Positions 14,090 to 27,928 are shown, numbered from the whole stretch's first letter. The stretch: DNA of 63,684 bases, filler included, from Octopus bimaculoides (GCF_001194135.2; 4 parts of 3 records of this genome joined end to end with filler, not necessarily neighbours in it); one strand, 5' to 3'. Notes: generated from the letters alone by a model not told the origin. Numbers and translations are program-made.

Positions 14090-14700
14090 TCCATTAGACG
14101 TATTCACTTTTTAAGGCACTGACATTATGACAAATATCTTCAATAACTTTTTGAGGGTCATGTAAAAAAGATGATAACGTGTGAGATGATGTCTTCGAAG
14201 AGAACAATATCGTTGGCATAATGTAATTTTTATAGATGGGAGAAGTGGAAAGGGTTTTTAATTAAAGTTTAAAGGACATAGTCTAGGCAGATTATAAATA
14301 GGAATGGAGAAAGATAATCGCCTTGAAAGACGCCTGGAAAGAAATTAGGTACCTCAATCTGGCGATCATAGTTTAGCGCTTATGAACTTGCATAGCATCA
14401 TTTCTACTGTTACTACTTCTTGAGCTAAACGTACAAAGTACGACAAAAAAAATCTTTCAGATTCACTAACATTGATAAACGTGTCGACAACAAACGCACG
14501 GTAAGCACCGGTCCAAAATATAACGGAAGCTGAAACAAAATGGTAACACATTAGCTATATATGAAGACAATGCTACTGTCTTACTTTACTAGCAGCGGGC
14601 TGCAGCAGTAATGATGTAATGCAAGCAGTGGGAAAAATTTGCCCATTTTACCTCAATGAACCTTATGATAATCGGAATATCTTATAAAAAAATCCACCCA
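14090..14700 (-). mobile_element. Decayed non-LTR retrotransposon reverse transcriptase fragment, RTE/RTE-X-like
   Basis: The minus strand reads AKL*SPD*GT*FL-GVFQGDYLSPFLFIICLDYVL...LHYANDIVL. This corresponds to the GVLQGD.L.P.LF...DY and (Y/F)ADD RT motifs, with multiple stops. Confidence 0.8.
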
Positions 14701-15379
14701 CCGGACTACTTCTAGATTTATGACTACTTCTAAATTGTTAGCCCTGATTCAATGATGCTTTTGTCTGTTAAGATATCTCCAACAATAAACCGATATTTCC
14801 TGAACCCGTTTTCGCATCTTCATAAGACCTGGTGATCTGGCTGTATACGGCTCGCCAACAGTTCTTTTGTAGATTTTTGATGCATTTCTTGTAAGGTTAA
14901 TCTCTTTGTAACATGTAGCCATGTCTAAACGAACTTACTTCAGGAATACACAATGATTGAAAATACGCGTGATGTTTTAATCATTAAGTTTATGAAATAT
15001 AAATATGTAAAAACATGGTAATTGAGGAAAGGTGTATGGCCTTAATAATTACAAGAATGTATACGTCTGCGGGAAAATCACAGTATAACATAACATATAT
15101 CACAAATATACAACATTTACAATAGTACTGTAGAGAATATAGATTCGGTTATGTAAATTGCGAAATAAAAATTATATATATGGACATTGTTTTATTCAGT
15201 ACTGAACATAGAGTGGGGATATACATTCTCTATATGTGTGTACTTGTATATATGCATATATATGTGTGTATGTGTGTGTGAGTGTGTGTGTGTGTGTGTG
15301 CGTGTGTGTGTGTGTACGCGCGTGTGCGTGTGATATAATTAACTCTAGATAAGACTTTCATTCTTATCTCCTTGAAATC

Positions 15380-15760
15380 GGGGCTTAACTCCCGAGGTAC
15401 CCAATTTGTACACGCTTTTCAATACCCAAAATCTTCCATCATTTTCTCTAATGCATTGTGAGCACGGTTTAGTTGCGCAGCAAACTTATGAACTGTGACT
15501 CATCTATCCAAAAGAATCGATTTGTCCGCTCGCTGGCGATTCGAACCAGTAGTTGCAGTTTATTGCCTTTGAATGTGTTTTTTTCTACAATATTGGTTTC
15601 TTGTTCTTTAAAATTCTTCATCAATGCGTACATTGATCTTCTCAGCATTGTTATCTTTGTAAACAACCTGTAGCCTTCTACATGGTGGAGAGTTAGCATT
15701 TCCTCCTTCGTCAAGAATTCAACGACGGTGCGTTCCTTCCACTTAAGATCCATTACAAGG
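15380..15760 (-). mobile_element. mariner transposase N-terminal remnant
   Basis: MDLKWKERTVVEFLTKEE resembles the mariner N-terminal QR.VIEFL..EG. LGY*KACTNWVPRELS near 15385-15430 contains the WVPREL linker motif. Confidence 0.8.
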
Positions 15761-16059
15761 TGTTAATTGAACGACCTCTATCAATTACTATGAAAGGTTT
15801 ATGTACAGCTGAAGTATTTTCTGTACAGCTCTAGTCCCTTATCCAGAAATAGCACTTCAACACAGTATTTGTCTGTAAATCATTCAAGGACACCATTTAC
15901 AAACAAGTATCTGAGACTGGGCTGCAAAGGACATTTGTTGTGTCATTGATATTAGCGATTAGGCACGTATTTTGAGACGGAACATACTAATGGTTGTTTC
16001 ATTGAGAACAATTCAATCAATTGATTTGGTTTTGAAGGATATAACTTATCGCAGGTTCT

Positions 16060-16060
<1 letters not shown>

Positions 16061-16126
<66 letters not shown>

Positions 16127-16264
16127 GTAGGTAGGTAGGTAGGTAGGTAGGTAGGTAGGTAGGCAGGTGGGCAGGCGGGCGGGTGTATGGATGGATGGAT
16201 GGATAGATGGATAGATGGATGTATAGATAGAAAGATAGATAAACAGACAGACAGACAGACAGAC

Positions 16265-16320
<56 letters not shown>
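16061..16320. repeat. Compound tetranucleotide array (AGAT/AGGT/GGAT/AGAC)
   Basis: Direct reading. Confidence 0.95.
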
Positions 16321-16322
<2 letters not shown>

Positions 16323-16377
16323 CCTTTAAAAAATACATCCTACAAAAACATTTTAAAAAGTAAAGGGTAAAGGGTAA

Positions 16378-16700
16378 AAACACCCTTAGGTAACGAATGA
16401 CCATGGGAATTGCACCTAGAAAGTTCCCCTCCTAGGCATAAGTCTGGGCAAGATTGTTTATGGAAGACCAGCAGTCACCCATGCATACCAGCATCCCTTC
16501 TCCATGCCAAGGGAAAGGCAAAGGCTGATACAGCTTGGCACTAGTGACGTCGCAACTCATTTCTACAGATGATTGAACTGGAGCAACGTCAAATAAAGTG
16601 CCTTATTTGAGAACACAAGACACAGCCCAGTCCGGGAATCGAACTCACCACCTCATGATTGTGAGTCCGACGCACTAGGCACTGGACCATATGCCTTCAC
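16378..16700 (-). mobile_element. tRNA-derived SINE family C (~320 bp)
   Basis: The minus strand starts GTGAAGGCATATGGTCCAGTG (A-box-like) followed by GAGTTCGATTCC (B-box-like). Colinear with the copy at 22800-23131. Confidence 0.9.
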
Positions 16701-16884
16701 AAAGTACCTATTACATAATGTATCCCCAGATACGCAGATTTGGAATCGATAGACAAGGCTGCATTCCTTTTTATCACAGATCTCGATCAGACCAGAGTCG
16801 GACATAAACAACGATAACAACGTAAATAAATACACTCAATATACAATATTATATATTTTGCCTTTATTATAATCGTGATTATTA

Positions 16885-17225
16885 AGGCGGTGAGCTGGCA
16901 GAATCGTTAGCACGCCGGGCAAAATGCTTAGCGGCATTCGCCCGTTGCTACGTTCTGAGTTCAAATTACGCCGTTGAGTACCGAAGTCGATGTAATTCCA
17001 CCATATTTCAGGCCTTGTGCATATAGTAGAAAGGACTATTATTGTGATTATTAAGGGGGTAACCTGGCAGAATGTTTAGCGGCATTTCGTTCTGAGTTCA
17101 AATTACGCCGAGGTTGATGTTGCTTTTCATCCTTTAGAGGTCAATAAAATAAGTGCCACTTCGGTATTGAGGTAGATATTATCGACTTTCCATTCTCCGG
17201 AATTGTTGGTCTTGTGCCAAAATTT
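16885..17225 (+). mobile_element. Two tandem SINE family B copies (about 16885-17035 and 17053-17225)
   Basis: Both start ATTATTAAGG(C/G)GG..A.CTGGCAGAAT and contain GTTCTGAGTTCAAATTACGCCG. Confidence 0.9.
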
Positions 17226-17759
17226 GATATCATTATTATTATCATTATTGACTTGACTCAGGATTAATCCCATTCCTCGTTGAATGTGTGCGTAGTGGTT
17301 TACTGCCTGTAACCTTGGATATCCATATGATTGCAATAAGACATGAAGTGCTCAAAACCCTTATTATTATCTTCCCTGTTCATAAGAGGCAAGCCTTCAG
17401 CAGAAGCATTATATGACATTCCATTTCAATTTCCTTCATCCATTTGCCTATCGTCATTCACAGTCCTTAATTATTTACAAATATCATGTTTCAAATTTTC
17501 GCAATCTCAAATTTTAAAAGGTTGTATATTTTTTATTTTTCATCTGCTTCCATCACAATCATATACATGAGCGATCAAAAGATAAGCAAATTCGATTTCC
17601 CTTGTCTATTATTGTAGCATCTAACTTGTTTCATTCTATGTTGTTATTGTTGCTTTACCGAAATTATTACATTCTAATTTAATTTACAAGAGTGTTATCT
17701 TTAAGTCTGGTGTCAACAAGTCTTTTCAACTTTCAAGAATCTTTCCGGGTTCTCCAGCA

Positions 17760-18500
17760 GAATACAGGATGGCATTTCCTGCTGATCGACAATGCGAGTC
17801 TCAATTCCAATATCTTTTAGTCTCTTAGGTAACATTTCAGGTGCGTGCCACAGGCGCCAATTAGCACAAGAATAATCATTGTCTTAGTATTTATTCCACA
17901 ATTTCTTCAACCCTCTAGATAGGTTCTGATATTTTTCATTTTTTCCTATTTCTTTGATGTTGACTCTGTTATGATATGGAATTGCAAAGTCTATGATTTT
18001 ACACTGTTTATTATGTCCCACATAATGATATATGTTCTTCCAACTTCATTGGTATGGTCAGTCTCTATAGGATCTTGTAATGCTTATTCTCTTTCACAGC
18101 TTCTCTTTTGTGTTCATACGCCTTTCCTTCTATTTCGAAGCTACACACTCGGTTAGTATCCCAACGCTCTCTTTTACTAATAGTCATACCTGTGCTTATA
18201 ATGTTTTGGCGCTAACTTTCAGCATTCACTCAAAGACTAATTGATACCTTCCGCTCCTTTCCTGAAGATTATACATTTGCTTTCTGATTGAGGTCGATCA
18301 CATTCATTGTAATGGCTTTATCTCATTCATTCTTATGGATTTTTCCTGAACGGCTATCATTAACGCTCCGGTCTCTCGTTCCAGGCGTTCGTCCGTCAGC
18401 CATAGCAATATCCTTTATTTCCAAAATCTTCGCTTCGATGCATAAATTTGACCAATTCTTTTCATGTTTTCTCTGTTATTCTGCCTTCCCTTCTTAAAGT
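17760..18500 (-). mobile_element. Decayed RLE-type (R4/NeSL-like) non-LTR retrotransposon C-terminus: CCHC knuckle and PD-(D/E)xK endonuclease remnant
   Basis: The minus strand gives KC......E.I...SEC.KLAPKHYKHRYD, then ENKHYKIL..IETDHT....R..IIMW....CKIIDFAIPYHNRVNIKEI.K.EKYQ.L...LKKLWN...II.VLIGA, with frameshifts. Confidence 0.8.
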
Positions 18501-18534
18501 TTTCTACTGTTTCAGTTAATTCGTGGGGCATCAC

Positions 18535-18908
18535 TAGCTGCTGATTATTACTATTCTTGCAGAATCGTTAGCACAACGGAGAAAATGCTTAGCGACATAT
18601 CGTCTTTCAGTTTTCGAGTTCAAATTCCGCCGGGATCATCTTAACCTTACATAATTTCGGAGTCGATAGAATAAATACCAGTTGGGCACTCTGGTGGTTA
18701 CAATCGACATAACCCCGCCCCCGATGTCGCTAGCGTTGTGCCATAATTTGAAATTATTATTATGATTTTTTTCTTCCACCGAGGTAGATGAACTTAGTCT
18801 TTCATTCTTAGTGGATCGATAAAATAAATAATAGTCAAGTACTAGGGTCGACGTAATTGACTTATCCCGCCAACAAAAGTTGCAGAGCCTGTACTTGTAA
18901 TAGAAAAG

Positions 18909-18910
<2 letters not shown>
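18535..18910 (+). mobile_element. SINE family B copy plus a second 3'-part copy, followed by an (ATT)n tract
   Basis: GCAGAATCGTTAGCAC..AAATGCTTAGCG..GAGTTCAAATTCCGCC at about 18560-18630; a second 3' half at 18775-18910. Confidence 0.75.
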
Positions 18911-18947
<37 letters not shown>

Positions 18948-20043
18948 ATTATTATTATTATCATTATTATTATTATTATTATCATTATTAAGTCGCTGAA
19001 CGGGCAGAATTGATAGAATATGCCTTGTGCCTATATAAGAAAGAATTATTTCTACATGCCTTATCGACACTGAAACATTTGCTTAGATCCATTTCACATA
19101 TCATTAAAACTATTTCTACTGCGGTTATTCCTTCTCTAAAATATAAAAAAAAAGTCGGTCATTGTACTGTACATATAATGATTGTAGTAAGTATAGCTTA
19201 TAAAAATAAAAGAGCACCGACATCGCGTGGAAACTCGTTACGTTGGGAGCGGACAACAGAGAAATCTTCAGAGGAAGAACTCCCATCAAGCACGTGCTTT
19301 GGCCCCTTAGTTTGTAACGCTCTAAGGAAGCCGAAGCCACCTATGTTATGACTTCTATTCGTTCTCCTACTGTATTTGAAATGCAATCATTTGAAATGCA
19401 ATCTATAATTGCATCATAGAGCATGACATGTTCTTTTGTTTTCTGACGGTGACATTTAACGATTGTAGGTTTGATTTGAGTGACATTTTATTGTTATTTC
19501 TTGCGCTCTTCGCGACCACATACATATCCATTCGTAAAAAAATTTCTGTGTTGTTAAATAAATTTATATTTTAGGTGGAAAAAAGATTAAATTTTGCTAA
19601 GAATTTAATAAGTGAATATACGCACTCATTCCTACTGCTTCTGCGATGTCGGAGTTCTTTTATTTTTATAAGCTATACTACAATCATTATATATGCAGTA
19701 CAATGACCGATTTTTCTTTTTATTTTAGAGAAGGTTCAACTTGCTAGAATAAACTGTTGTCATTTTAATTACAAAAACACCTACGTTTGAATTAAGCTGG
19801 AGGTAGGCGCAGAATGATTAAGCAATTCTATCTGTTTTCTATTTTCAAGATGGAAGTCTATTTCTGGACAACGATAATGAGTAATCAGGTGTTTCGGATT
19901 CCAAGGAACTTGAGATTGTCATAATTGCTATTTCAAGTAATGCTGTATATTTGTTTCCTGCTGTTTTTCTTAAATACCTTTAGATTGCCGAAGATGTGCG
20001 AACATTTTCGTATCTTACAAACATATACACACACATAAGCACG

Positions 20044-20105
<62 letters not shown>

Positions 20106-20265
20106 CAAATATATATATATATATATATATAGTAATAAAGAGGGAGAAGTTCAATTACCGCCACATGGTGAGTCGTAATGTAAAAAATATAGAAAACAGA
20201 AGAAGGAAAACGCACACAGTTTGCATAGTTTTGATATATCTTTTAATTATTTTATCAGTGAAAGA

Positions 20266-20800
20266 GTACTGTGTTTGTCGACCGGTTTCGCTTTCGCTAA
20301 TCATGATATACGAATTATTATAATTTTGTATTTTCTTAAGTGTATGTAGAAGTTTGTGAAGGAATGATTGAACACGTAGAAAAATTTAAAGGGAGATAAT
20401 TGGCGATCGTTATTATTGGGTACAGGGGAGATAATTGCTCATCTTTCGAGGAGGGGATAAATAAATATATATACACAAAAACTAAAAGCTAAAGTAGTAA
20501 GATGAAATATATACAGTAATGGGTAAGTGATCATGAATTAAAAAATATACTGAGAGTAATGTTGGTTATAGGTTCCTTTTTAGGCATTTTCTTTATTGTT
20601 TGATGAATAAATGTTCTTTTTTTAAACGTTCTTCCTCGAAAGATGAGCAATTACCTCCCCTTAGACTTTTTTAATTGTTGAATACCTCATTCACAAACTT
20701 CTCCATAGACTTGGACAAAAATCTTCTTAAGGAAATACGAAATCCCCAAAATTTCAATATCATGATTAGCGAAAGCGAAACCGGTCGACAAACACAGTAC
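20266..20800. mobile_element. Long foldback element (~535 bp) with perfect 44-bp terminal inverted repeats and degenerate inner arms; probably Penelope-derived
   Basis: 20266-20309 is the exact reverse complement of 20757-20800. 20425-20453 pairs with 20632-20660. The AGAAGTTTGTGAA and TTCACAAACTTCT segments also pair. Confidence 0.8.
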
Positions 20801-20859
20801 ACCTACACTGATAACATACATTAAAAATATATATCAAAACTATGTAAACAGAGTGCATT

Positions 20860-21130
20860 TTACTTCCTGTGATCAAATTCTGGCTTGAGTGGGTTCCTGT
20901 TGGAAGACCACATGTTTCTGGCTTCCTAATTCCTCCGATTGCAATCCCATTGGATATTATATGTGGTTCAGAAAGCCACCAAACGTTCTATCTGAAACAT
21001 CAAGGCCAAGGTCGCGACCAAGACCAAAGACGTGTTCGTAGATCTTCACAGATTAACAGTGACTAATGCATGCACCATCTTTCCGGGTACTCATCAGGCC
21101 ATGGAGAAAGCTCGAGTTAACTGTTAATCT
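20860..21130 (+). mobile_element. maT/DD37D-type transposase C-terminal remnant with internal deletion
   Basis: WV..GRP.V then FWLPNSSDCNP(I)..YYMW, matching the WPPNSPDCNPLDYYVW motif. Same family as 7140-7640. Confidence 0.65.
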
Positions 21131-21301
21131 CCCTATCATAATCTAGTTGATATTTTTTGATGTTTTAATATAGGTATTTTAAAAACATTTGGATGGGATA
21201 TTACGTTTCCTTTTCCTTTCATGGAAACTGTCAAATTTACCCAAGCATTACTATATTGCGTGTGTTTGTCTGTATGTATATGCGTCAAAACNNNNNNNNN
21301 N

Positions 21302-21336
<35 letters not shown>

Positions 21337-22698
21337 GTATATAGATATTTGTACACACACACATACACATGAATATATTTCTCGAAACCTAGAAAAATAT
21401 TTAAAATCGATTTTTGTATTACTACGGCATGATCAATTCAGCTTCTAACGGTGATTGATGACATCTCTATTACAGAATATCGGTACACAACTAACAATTC
21501 CGCGGTGTCTATCATTGAGTGAGTGGCATTTAACTATGTATGACAGTCCGGACAGGTATAGAATATATGCCGTTAGAAAATATATTTCTGATACATTTTG
21601 ACGTCCCAAATAACCATAACGTATGATGACATTTCAGTGTTGCATTAACATATAAGTTCGCCCATGGGCACGTACAACCTTCCATAGCTTAGCATTTTGC
21701 TCAAAGTATGAATTACCTACTGAGCGCTGAANNNNNNNNNNAATGTTCTGTGCAGGAAATGATTTAACCTCCGTCTACTGATAAACACTGGCTCTATTGA
21801 CCCACCTAATTAATATATATTTCGTTTCTATATTACATAAAAATGTACTTGTTTAGAATTCTATTTTAGTGTAATTGATGAATTGGATCACTCTTTCATA
21901 TCCTTTGGATTATAATTAGCATCAATTTTAATTTACATTAATTATCTTATAAACAAACTAACCTCCAAAATGTGATCAAGTATATCAAATATACTTTCAA
22001 AGGTTGATCAAATATCTATGTCTCAATTGCATATATAAACGGATGCGATAAAATATGTATCTGTCATATACGACAGTCGGCTTAATTGATTACATACTCT
22101 TCCAGACTTTATATTTTTAAATCGAGCAGATTGTGTTTCTTATAATCTCCAGAATTAAATATATGAAATCATCAGCTAAAGTGACAAAGACTGAATCGTA
22201 TGAACAGTATACTGATTATACAAAGATCGGTAAAGCAGAAACGGAAAACTACAAAGCTACAACTGTAACCAAAATGGCGACAAACTCTAGTATACATGTC
22301 TAAATATTNNNNNNNNNNNNNNNNNNNNNNNNNNNNNNNNNNNNNNNNNNNNNNNNNNNNNNNNNNNNNNNNNNNNNNNNNNNNNNNNNNNNNNNNNNNN
22401 NNNNNNNNNNNNNNNNNNNNNNNNNNNNNNNNNNNNNNNNNNNNNNNNNNNNNNNNNNNNNNNNNNNNNNNNNNNNNNNNNNNNNNNNNNNNNNNNNNNN
22501 NNNNNNNNNNNATATATAAATATATATATTCATATATATATATATATATTAGGACATTCACAGAATATATCAGTCTTCTAATCTGGTTCCAGTGCGTATC
22601 GTTTCTCTACGTTTATATTCAAATTCCGAATGCGAAAACGCCAATTATTTCATTATTCGGGATTATTCTCAGCTACGTTTTTCAACAGAATACTTTAT

Positions 22699-22765
<67 letters not shown>

Positions 22766-22799
22766 TTCATGCACGTATACATACAAATATACACGTCGG

Positions 22800-23131
22800 A
22801 GACCCCCCCCCCTTCGGTCAAGATTGAACATGGGATTGCATCTAGAAATTACTTTCCGAGGCACAAGTCCTGGCAAGGGTGTTTATGGAAGACCATCAGT
22901 CGCCCATGCATACCAGCCTTCATTCTCCACGCCACCGATGTTATCCAAGGGAAAGGCAAAGGCCGATACACTTTGTGACGTCGCAACTCATTTCTACAGA
23001 TGATTGAACTGGAGCAATGTTAAATAAAGTGTCTTGCTCAAGAACACAACACGCAGCCCGGTCCGGGATTCGAACTCCCAACCAAACGGTCGTAAGTTCG
23101 ATGTTCTAACCACTGAACCATGCGCCTTCAC
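22800..23131 (-). mobile_element. tRNA-derived SINE family C
   Basis: B-box GAGTTCGAATCCC on the minus strand at 23065-23077. Colinear with 16378-16700. Confidence 0.9.
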
Positions 23132-23402
23132 AAATATACACATATATGCATACTAAATGGTATACATATGCAAATATGTGTGTGTATATACATATAGATG
23201 CATACGTGCATATATGCATGCATACTTCCATGCCTACACACACGCATACAGCATCCGTGTCAAAGACGCAATGCAAGAAATATGCATATGTGTGTGTGTA
23301 TGTGCGTGTGTGTTTATGTGTGTGTGCTACCCTGTATATGCGTGTGTCTTTATATATGCATTTCTCTCTTTCTTTCCCCTCTCTCTCTTTCTCCTATCTC
23401 TT

Positions 23403-23452
<50 letters not shown>

Positions 23453-24774
23453 NNNNNNNNNNNNNNNNNNNNNNNNNNNNNNNNNNNNNNNNNNNNNNNN
23501 NNNNNNNNNNNNNNNNNNNNNNNNNNNNNNNNNNNNNNNNNNNNNNNNNNNNNNNNNNNNNNNNNNNNNNNNNNNNNNNNNNNNNNNNNNNNNNNNNNNN
23601 NNNNNNNNNNNNNNNNNNNNNNNNNNNNNNNNNNNNNNNNNNNNNNNNNNNNNNNNNNNNNNNNNNNNNNNNNNNNNNNNNNNNNNNNNNNNNNNNNNNN
23701 NNNNNNNNNNNNNNNNNNNNNNNNNNNNNNNNNNNNNNNNNNNNNNNNNNNNNNNNNNNNNNNNNNNNNNNNNNNNNNNNNNNNNNNNNNNNNNNNNNNN
23801 NNNNNNNNNNNNNNNNNNNNNNNNNNNNNNNNNNNNNNNNNNNNNNNNNNNNNNNNNNNNNNNNNNNNNNNNNNNNNNNNNNNNNNNNNNNNNNNNNNNN
23901 NNNNNNNNNNNNNNNNNNNNNNNNNNNNNNNNNNNNNNNNNNNNNNNNNNNNNNNNNNNNNNNNNNNNNNNNNNNNNNNNNNNNNNNNNNNNNNNNNNNN
24001 NNNNNNNNNNNNNNNNNNNNNNNNNNNNNNNNNNNNNNNNNNNNNNNNNNNNNNNNNNNNNNNNNNNNNNNNNNNNNNNNNNNNNNNNNNNNNNNNNNNN
24101 NNNNNNNNNNNNNNNNNNNNNNNNNNNNNNNNNNNNNNNNNNNNNNNNNNNNNNNNNNNNNNNNNNNNNNNNNNNNNNNNNNNNNNNNNNNNNNNNNNNN
24201 NNNNNNNNNNNNNNNNNNNNNNNNNNNNNNNNNNNNNNNNNNNNNNNNNNNNNNNNNNNNNNNNNNNNNNNNNNNNNNNNNNNNNNNNNNNNNNNNNNNN
24301 NNNNNNNNNNNNNNNNNNNNNNNNNNNNNNNNNNNNNNNNNNNNNNNNNNNNNNNNNNNNNNNNNNNNNNNNNNNNNNNNNNNNNGGGGAGAGGGATAGA
24401 TTTATGAATATGAGCATTAAAAATAGAACATTTATGATTCTGAACAAATAAATTTATTTCTTGAAAGTTGTTATTCATAAACTGTTATTTTAATATTTCA
24501 GTGATATTTGTTATTACCCTTAGATTTCAGCTGCTGTCGTGAGTAGCTCATAAATTTTTAAGTTAATAGATGTTAGGTTTCCCGCTTCTTTCATTCTTTT
24601 TGCATGTCATTATGTAAGTATTATTTACATAGCATTTTACATTCACTAGCCGTCACTCTATGCACACTTTTTAGCTGTGATGCGTTCAGCAAAATAAGAA
24701 AACGTGTGTGTATGTGTGTGTGTGTGTGCGCGTGTGAACGTATGTGTTTGTATGTATATATGTATGTATAAATA

Positions 24775-24812
<38 letters not shown>

Positions 24813-25062
24813 CATACATGTATATATATATGCGAATGTGTTTGCACATAATTCTACATTATATACATATGTATGTGTGTGTATTGTATATATATATATA
24901 TATATATATGTATATGTGTATATATATATATGTATGTATATATGTATTTGTGCATATATATGCATGTATATGTGTGTGTGTGTACATATAAGAATACATA
25001 TTTATACATGTATATTTGAGCATATATGTTTGTTTGTTGGCTTGTGCATATACACATATATG

Positions 25063-25122
<60 letters not shown>

Positions 25123-26170
25123 ATACAAATAGTATGTGAGTATATGCATATATATGTACATGTATGTGCATACCTACATCTACATGTATATATAGATGCA
25201 TATCTGGTTATAGGAGGTTACAAAAAAATGTGGACAAAATGAAAAACAGAACACAAACAGAGTACAGAAAACACACATGCCACATAGAGAACATTTCCTT
25301 CCTCAGCTTCCACCATTCTAAAACTAAGCATTTCGATATATATAACATGCAAAAATATATATAGATATATGTTATTTCATATACCCAATTCCCAGTTTAA
25401 GTTACACACTTTAATAGTGTATCCACTTATTTTTTTATTTTTTGTACGTCAATGTATAAGCTCTGAATTTAATATTTTAAAATTCATTCAGGCCTCTCGT
25501 TAAATATTCTACGAAAATTTATGCATAGAAAACTATGCACACACACACTCCACACACACACACACACACTCCACACACACACACACACACTCCACACACA
25601 CACACACTTACACATACATACACACTTACAAATACTCATACATACATACATACATACATACATACAAACATACATACATACATACATATTTAATATACAG
25701 AGTGAGACACACACAGAGTCAGAGAGAGAGAGGCAGGAATAGAGAGAGACACACTCACACACACACACTCACACACACACACACACTCACACACACACTC
25801 ACACACGCACACACTCACACACAAACACACTCACACACACACACACACACACACAGGTATGTATAGATATATAAATGCAAGATCCAAAGATCGAGATGTA
25901 GGAAGAAAGTGAGCTTGAAGCAATCCGTTGTAGAAAATATTAAAAACTTTCAGGAACAACAGTGGTTTATTGGGGCCGAAGCTTATGCATTTTTTCCGTT
26001 AGCTGAAAAAAATTATTTTATATTTCACGGTTGGCAGCNNNNNNNNNNNNNNNNNNNNNNNNNNNNNNNNNNNNNNNNNNNNNNNNNNNNNNNNNNNNNN
26101 NNNNNNNNNNNNNNNNNNNNNNNNNNNNNNNNNNNNNNNNNNNNNNNNNNNNNNNNNNNNNNNNNNNNNN

Positions 26171-26241
<71 letters not shown>

Positions 26242-26739
26242 TTTGTGTGTGTGTATGTGTGTGCTTTTGTGTGTGTGCTTTCGTGTGTGTGTATTGGACT
26301 TCATTATCCACAAACAAAACAGCTATACTATCTTTATAGAATATTTAACCCTGAGCTACCTTGTAACATCTTGAAAGGCGGAAGACCAAGCGTAAGTTAG
26401 TCAAAAATATGATGGACTGTATTAACAATTAGAAAAAAATATACATGGTTTCACTATCTACAGTGAAACTCCTATGTTTGTTTAGTTGTTTGTTTTGCTT
26501 GCTTTTCTTTTATCAGCTGAAAATATAACTGAAGATATGTTTCTTCCAAAGTTTGTTCCAGGTCATGTCTAACTAAATGACATCTCCTGATAGGATCTGT
26601 TAAGTGATTTTTTGTAAGTCAAGATCACTAAGCAAATCAGGAGAAATCTGCCAGGCACAAATTCTTGGGAAATCGTGCTTCTACTGGTCTGTCATACTTA
26701 AGAGGACCCCATATTATGTCTTTTATATTTTAATTATTT

Positions 26740-26900
26740 CCATTATTAGACTGCAACCATGCTGGGGTACCTCCTTGAAGAAGTTTATTTAGTCGAATGA
26801 ATCGATATCAGTACTTATATTTTTAAAGCCTGGTATATTTCTATTGATATTTTGCCGAATGTTAATTTATGGGGACATAAAACACCAACATCGTTTGTCA
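26740..26900 (-). mobile_element. SINE family A, 3' fragment
   Basis: GACTGCAACCATGCTGGGGTACCTCCTTGAAG...AGTACTTAT...GGGGACATAAAACACCAACATCG matches the reverse complement of the family A tail. Confidence 0.7.
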
Positions 26901-26919
26901 AGATATACAAGAAAGCAAA

Positions 26920-27880
26920 GTTTTGGAGAATATTACATTGCCTAAAGTTTGCGAAATGCAAATGATTTTAGAAAAAATGACAGAAAGGAAGAATCTGCCA
27001 ACTATAATTCCATTAATTATGATCCCAAATTCAAATATGTTGTGGCTGTCGCTGTTCCACACTCTAAGTGTTCCCATCCATGACACTGGTATTGGCCGCC
27101 ATATCATATCCTCATACATTATCGTATATATTCTGCCAGCAAGATCCTTGAGGACAGCAATGGGAGTACAGATTGGACGAACGTGCTGTACATTCCAAAA
27201 GAAAAGATGTAGAGCAATTACTACGAGCATGGACGCAGGTGTGGCTGTGTGGCTAGAAGCTTGCTTCCCAATCACATGGTTCCGGATTCAGTCCCACTGA
27301 ATTGCAACTTGGCCAAGTGCTTTCTATTATAGCCACGGTGCGACTAAAGCATTTGAAACACGCCCAAAGTGAGTATATTTACAGGTTATGTGTATAATTC
27401 ACGTAACCCTCTTGGAGAAATTGGCCTCGTTGCACACCAGATCCATCAAGGTTGATTCGTCGGCAGTTGACTAGGGATTGGCACTCAGGAGCACATTCTG
27501 ATCCTATATGTAATTGATATCATCACCGGTTTCAATAATTTGATATTATCCCGTGAACCTATAAGCAATAATCCACTAAAGAGGAAATTCTATATCACCC
27601 AGTAGAAATCCAAATAAAAGAATCGAGGAAATACAAGGAATGCTCGGACAAGGTATGCTGGGATAGCATATATTATGGTCAAAATCACCTATACAAGGCT
27701 CAGAAAGTTTCCAATGGCGTGAAAGAGTAGAGGAAGCCAGGTCCACTGTGAGAGAGAGTATTGTACACATTAAGCATTTTCAGTGGGCAGAAATTAAAGA
27801 TCCAGCAACAGGAGAAGCGGCAACAACAGCAATGGCGGCACTTTGAAGAGTTTATCATATGCAGTTGGTAGGCAGAGGTA
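26920..27880 (+). pseudogene. Possible highly decayed Helitron/PIF1-like helicase remnant interrupted by a SINE head
   Basis: Frameshifted peptides YNSINY..K.VVAVA, TGI-AAI, LDE...DVEQLLR and ILWSK..GSESFQW occur in the order expected for PIF1 motifs I to III. Similarity is weak and judged by eye only. Confidence 0.3.
27236..27360 (+). mobile_element. SINE family A, 5' (tRNA-like) fragment
   Basis: GCAGGTGTGGCTGTGTGGCTAGAAGCTTGCTTCCCAATCACATGGTTCCGGATTCAGTCCCACTG. Confidence 0.85.
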
Positions 27881-27928
27881 AGAATCAGTTGTATGATGTT
27901 GATAAAATTTTTAAAATATCAAAAATAT

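Noticed and set aside
16600-16700. tRNA-like A and B boxes as a tRNA gene (also 23040-23131 and the family A heads)
   Set aside because: These are heads of SINEs that continue into a shared non-tRNA body; no complete cloverleaf could be built.
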